Positions 17,701 through 20,000 of a stretch of 20,000 nt of DNA are shown here, piece by piece (the first letter of the stretch is position 1; each line of letters starts with the position of its first letter). A program made the translations under genes and the position numbers. The notes under the pieces are model-generated. The model was given only the letters and a program-made list of their open reading frames with translations, was not told where the DNA came from and searched no databases. This DNA comes from Thraustochytrium aureum. Its lineage: Eukaryota. Where the stretch lies: NCBI GenBank assembly GCA_012862495.1, contig BLSG01000088.1:163770-183769 (forward strand), given 5' to 3'.

Positions 17701-20000
17701 TGACGGCCTCGAACACTCCCGCAAAGCGAAGCTGCTCGAGGCACATCGGCGCAGTGAAAATGTCGGGCCGCTTGAGCGAGTTCGGCTTGACGCACCTGAT
17801 GTAGCGCGGAAAAGTGGCGTTGGTGCGGTCCTCTAGTTGCGAGAGCTGCTTCATGAAGGTCGAGGCCTGGGTCTTGCTCCGGCGCTGCATGAGCCCCCCC
17901 GCTCCGCCAGCGCCGTCGGCCGCGTCCGCCGCGCGGCCCGCGGCGCCAACAAAGATGCTCGCAACAGCGGCGACCGAGCTAGCGGACATGACATCCTCAA
18001 GGTTTTCGTAGAGCTTGTCCGCGTTCTTGAACACAAAGCCGGTCGTGTCGTACTCGACAGCCCCCGCGTAGTGGTGGACTTGGAAGGCCGTTCTCGTTTT
18101 GCACCTGTCCGAGAACAGCTTGCGCTTGTCGTCGTGGCGGGACACGACGGCTTGCAGAAACTTTTCGTCCGTCCCGTTGATCGTGGTTTGCTCGTCCAGG
18201 AGCTGAAACACGCCATCGCGCACCGGCGGGGAGCCGCTCGCATGCAGCCCGAGGAACGCCAGGAGCGGCTGCGAGTCGTGAAACTTGATCTTGTCGAACG
18301 GGACACCCTCGTTGACGTAGGTTTGTTCCTCCAGCGTAAACGTGTGCCGGTTGAACATNNNNNNNNNNNNNNNNNNNNNNNNNNNNNNNNNNNNNNNNNN
18401 NNNNNNNNNNNNNNNNNNNNNNNNNNNNNNNNNNNNNNNNNNNNNNNNNNNNNNNNNNNNNNNNNNNNNNNNNNNNNNNNNNNNNNNNNNNNNNNNNNNN
18501 NNNNNNNNNNNNNNNNNNNNNNNNNNNNNNNNNNNNNNNNNNNNNNNNNNNNNNNNNNNNNNNNNNNNNNNNNNNNNNNNNNNNNNNNNNNNNNNNNNNN
18601 NNNNNNNNNNNNNNNNNNNNNNNNNNNNNNNNNNNNNNNNNNNNNNNNNNNNNNNNNNNNNNNNNNNNNNNNNNNNNNNNNNNNNNNNNNNNNNNNNNNN
18701 NNNNNNNNNNNNNNNNNNNNNNNNNNNNNNNNNNNNNNNNNNNNNNNNNNNNNNNNNNNNNNNNNNNNNNNNNNNNNNNNNNNNNNNNNNNNNNNNNNNN
18801 NNNNNNNNNNNNNNNNNNNNNNNNNNNNNNNNNNNNNNNNNNNNNNNNNNNNNNNNNNNNNNNNNNNNNNNNNNNNNNNNNNNNNNNNNNNNNNNNNNNN
18901 NNNNNNNNNNNNNNNNNNNNNNNNNNNNNNNNNNNNNNNNNNNNNNNNNNNNNNNNNNNNNNNNNNNNNNNNNNNNNNNNNNNNNNNNNNNNNNNNNNNN
19001 NNNNNNNNNNNNNNNNNNNNTGCCACGATGCGAAACATGCCGTCTCTCTCTTGGGCGGAAAACCCCATGGCCTCGAGCGCCTTGTGCATCTTGGAGCACT
19101 CATCGGCGTCGTCGTGCTGGTCGGCGTCGACGCCCTTGGGCAGGTAGTTGAAGGCGCCCTCGAGGCCCTCCACCTTGTAGGCCTTGCGCGCCTGCGAGTC
19201 GAAGCGGCCGACCAGGTAGTGGAAAATGTGAAAGTTGCGCTCGCCGGGCGCCTGGTCCACGACGCGGCTCTTCTCCAAGAGATAGTTGATCGTGTGGCAC
19301 CCGACGATCTTGCGCGACGAGGCCGTTGCGAAGTGAATCTCCATAAACTTGCCAAAGCGCGACGAGTTGTCGTTGCGCACAGTCTTGGCGTTGCCAAAGG
19401 CCTCCAGGATTGGATTGGCCGCCAGGATGCGCTGCTCAATGTTGTCGTCCGAGCCGGCAATCTCGGACAGGAATTCGAGGCAGACTTTGACGGTCACCGT
19501 CTTGCCCGCACCGCTCTCCCCGCTGATCAGCAGGCTCTGGTCCTTGGCCTCGTCGATCATTGCGCGGTAGGCTCCATTGATGACAGCGTAGGGGTGTGGA
19601 AGCAGCTCCATCGCCTCGCGGCCGGTCTGCGCGTACTCGTGCATCATGGAGGGGGTGAAGAGGTTGGTGGGCTTGAACGGGTTGATCGCCACGAGGATGT
19701 CACCCACGTTCGTGTAGATCTTGTCGTTTGCGTAGCGACGCCGCAGGAGGTCGATGATCCCGGGCTCGTGCACCTCGTCCAGCTGCACCAAGTCGTTCGT
19801 GAGGCTCGTGAGCGCCTGGGTAGACCCGACCGCCGGACCCACTTCGCTCGCCTTGACGGTGCGACGCTCTTCCGGCTCGATGTCTTTTCGCTTCAGTGCT
19901 TGCGGGCGTTCAGCGACGACCATTGCGCCTCCGCTCCGCCGCTCAATCACCTTGGCAGGGATCCAGGCCAGCTCGGGGTGCTGCACCCAGACAAACTCGC
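14734..20000 (-). CDS. Unconventional myosin heavy chain with MyTH4 tail (class IV-like), 5'-partial; gap in motor domain; apparent frameshifts at ~16905, ~16690, ~14994
   Basis: N-terminal SH3-like FVWVQHPELAWIPAKV. Motor motifs IYTNVGDILVAINPF, P-loop GESGAGKT, switch I NDNSSRFGK, HYAGAVEY, YIRCVKPN, QLRFAGVFEAVKIRKIGYP and converter FGKTMV. IQ motif IQKHARGMYVR. MyTH4 DEMFCQVMKQLTQNPNPESEARGWNLLSMLLSAFPPS. Ends PPPPPPPPPPKRQPTFDDDDEDDII* at TAG 14734-14736. Confidence 0.93.

Noticed and set aside
2389..19020. Long ORFs running through X tracts
   Set aside because: These are artefacts of the five N-gaps. Frame changes across gaps are uninformative because gap sizes are probably estimates.

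Overview
Gapped, GC-rich, apparently intron-poor eukaryotic (protist-like) scaffold with five N-gaps (2389-3254, 5812-6614, 7899-8563, 12325-12600, 18359-19020). Eight genes are supported: (1) the 3' end of an unknown gene; (2) a prokaryote-like OPT/YSL-family transporter; (3) a TLC-domain membrane protein; (4) a MYND zinc finger fused to a degenerate FKBP domain; (5) an unknown protein that ends in a CaaX motif once a frameshift is corrected; (6) an acidic protein with C-terminal hydrophobic segments; (7) a long coiled-coil protein; (8) a 5'-truncated unconventional myosin (SH3-like, motor, IQ, helical tail, MyTH4, polyproline and acidic end). At least six small frameshifts break otherwise intact genes, most likely consensus errors. 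I see no CRISPR array, RNA gene or recognisable mobile element, and no clear multi-gene novel system. The best leads are the MYND-pseudoFKBP fusion with an in-frame post-TGA repeat extension, a recurring TAGAGCTAG/palindrome motif at gene 3' ends, the myosin tail architecture, and the possibly lateral or virus-related OPT and TLC genes. All calls come from reading the sequence; no database searches were run.
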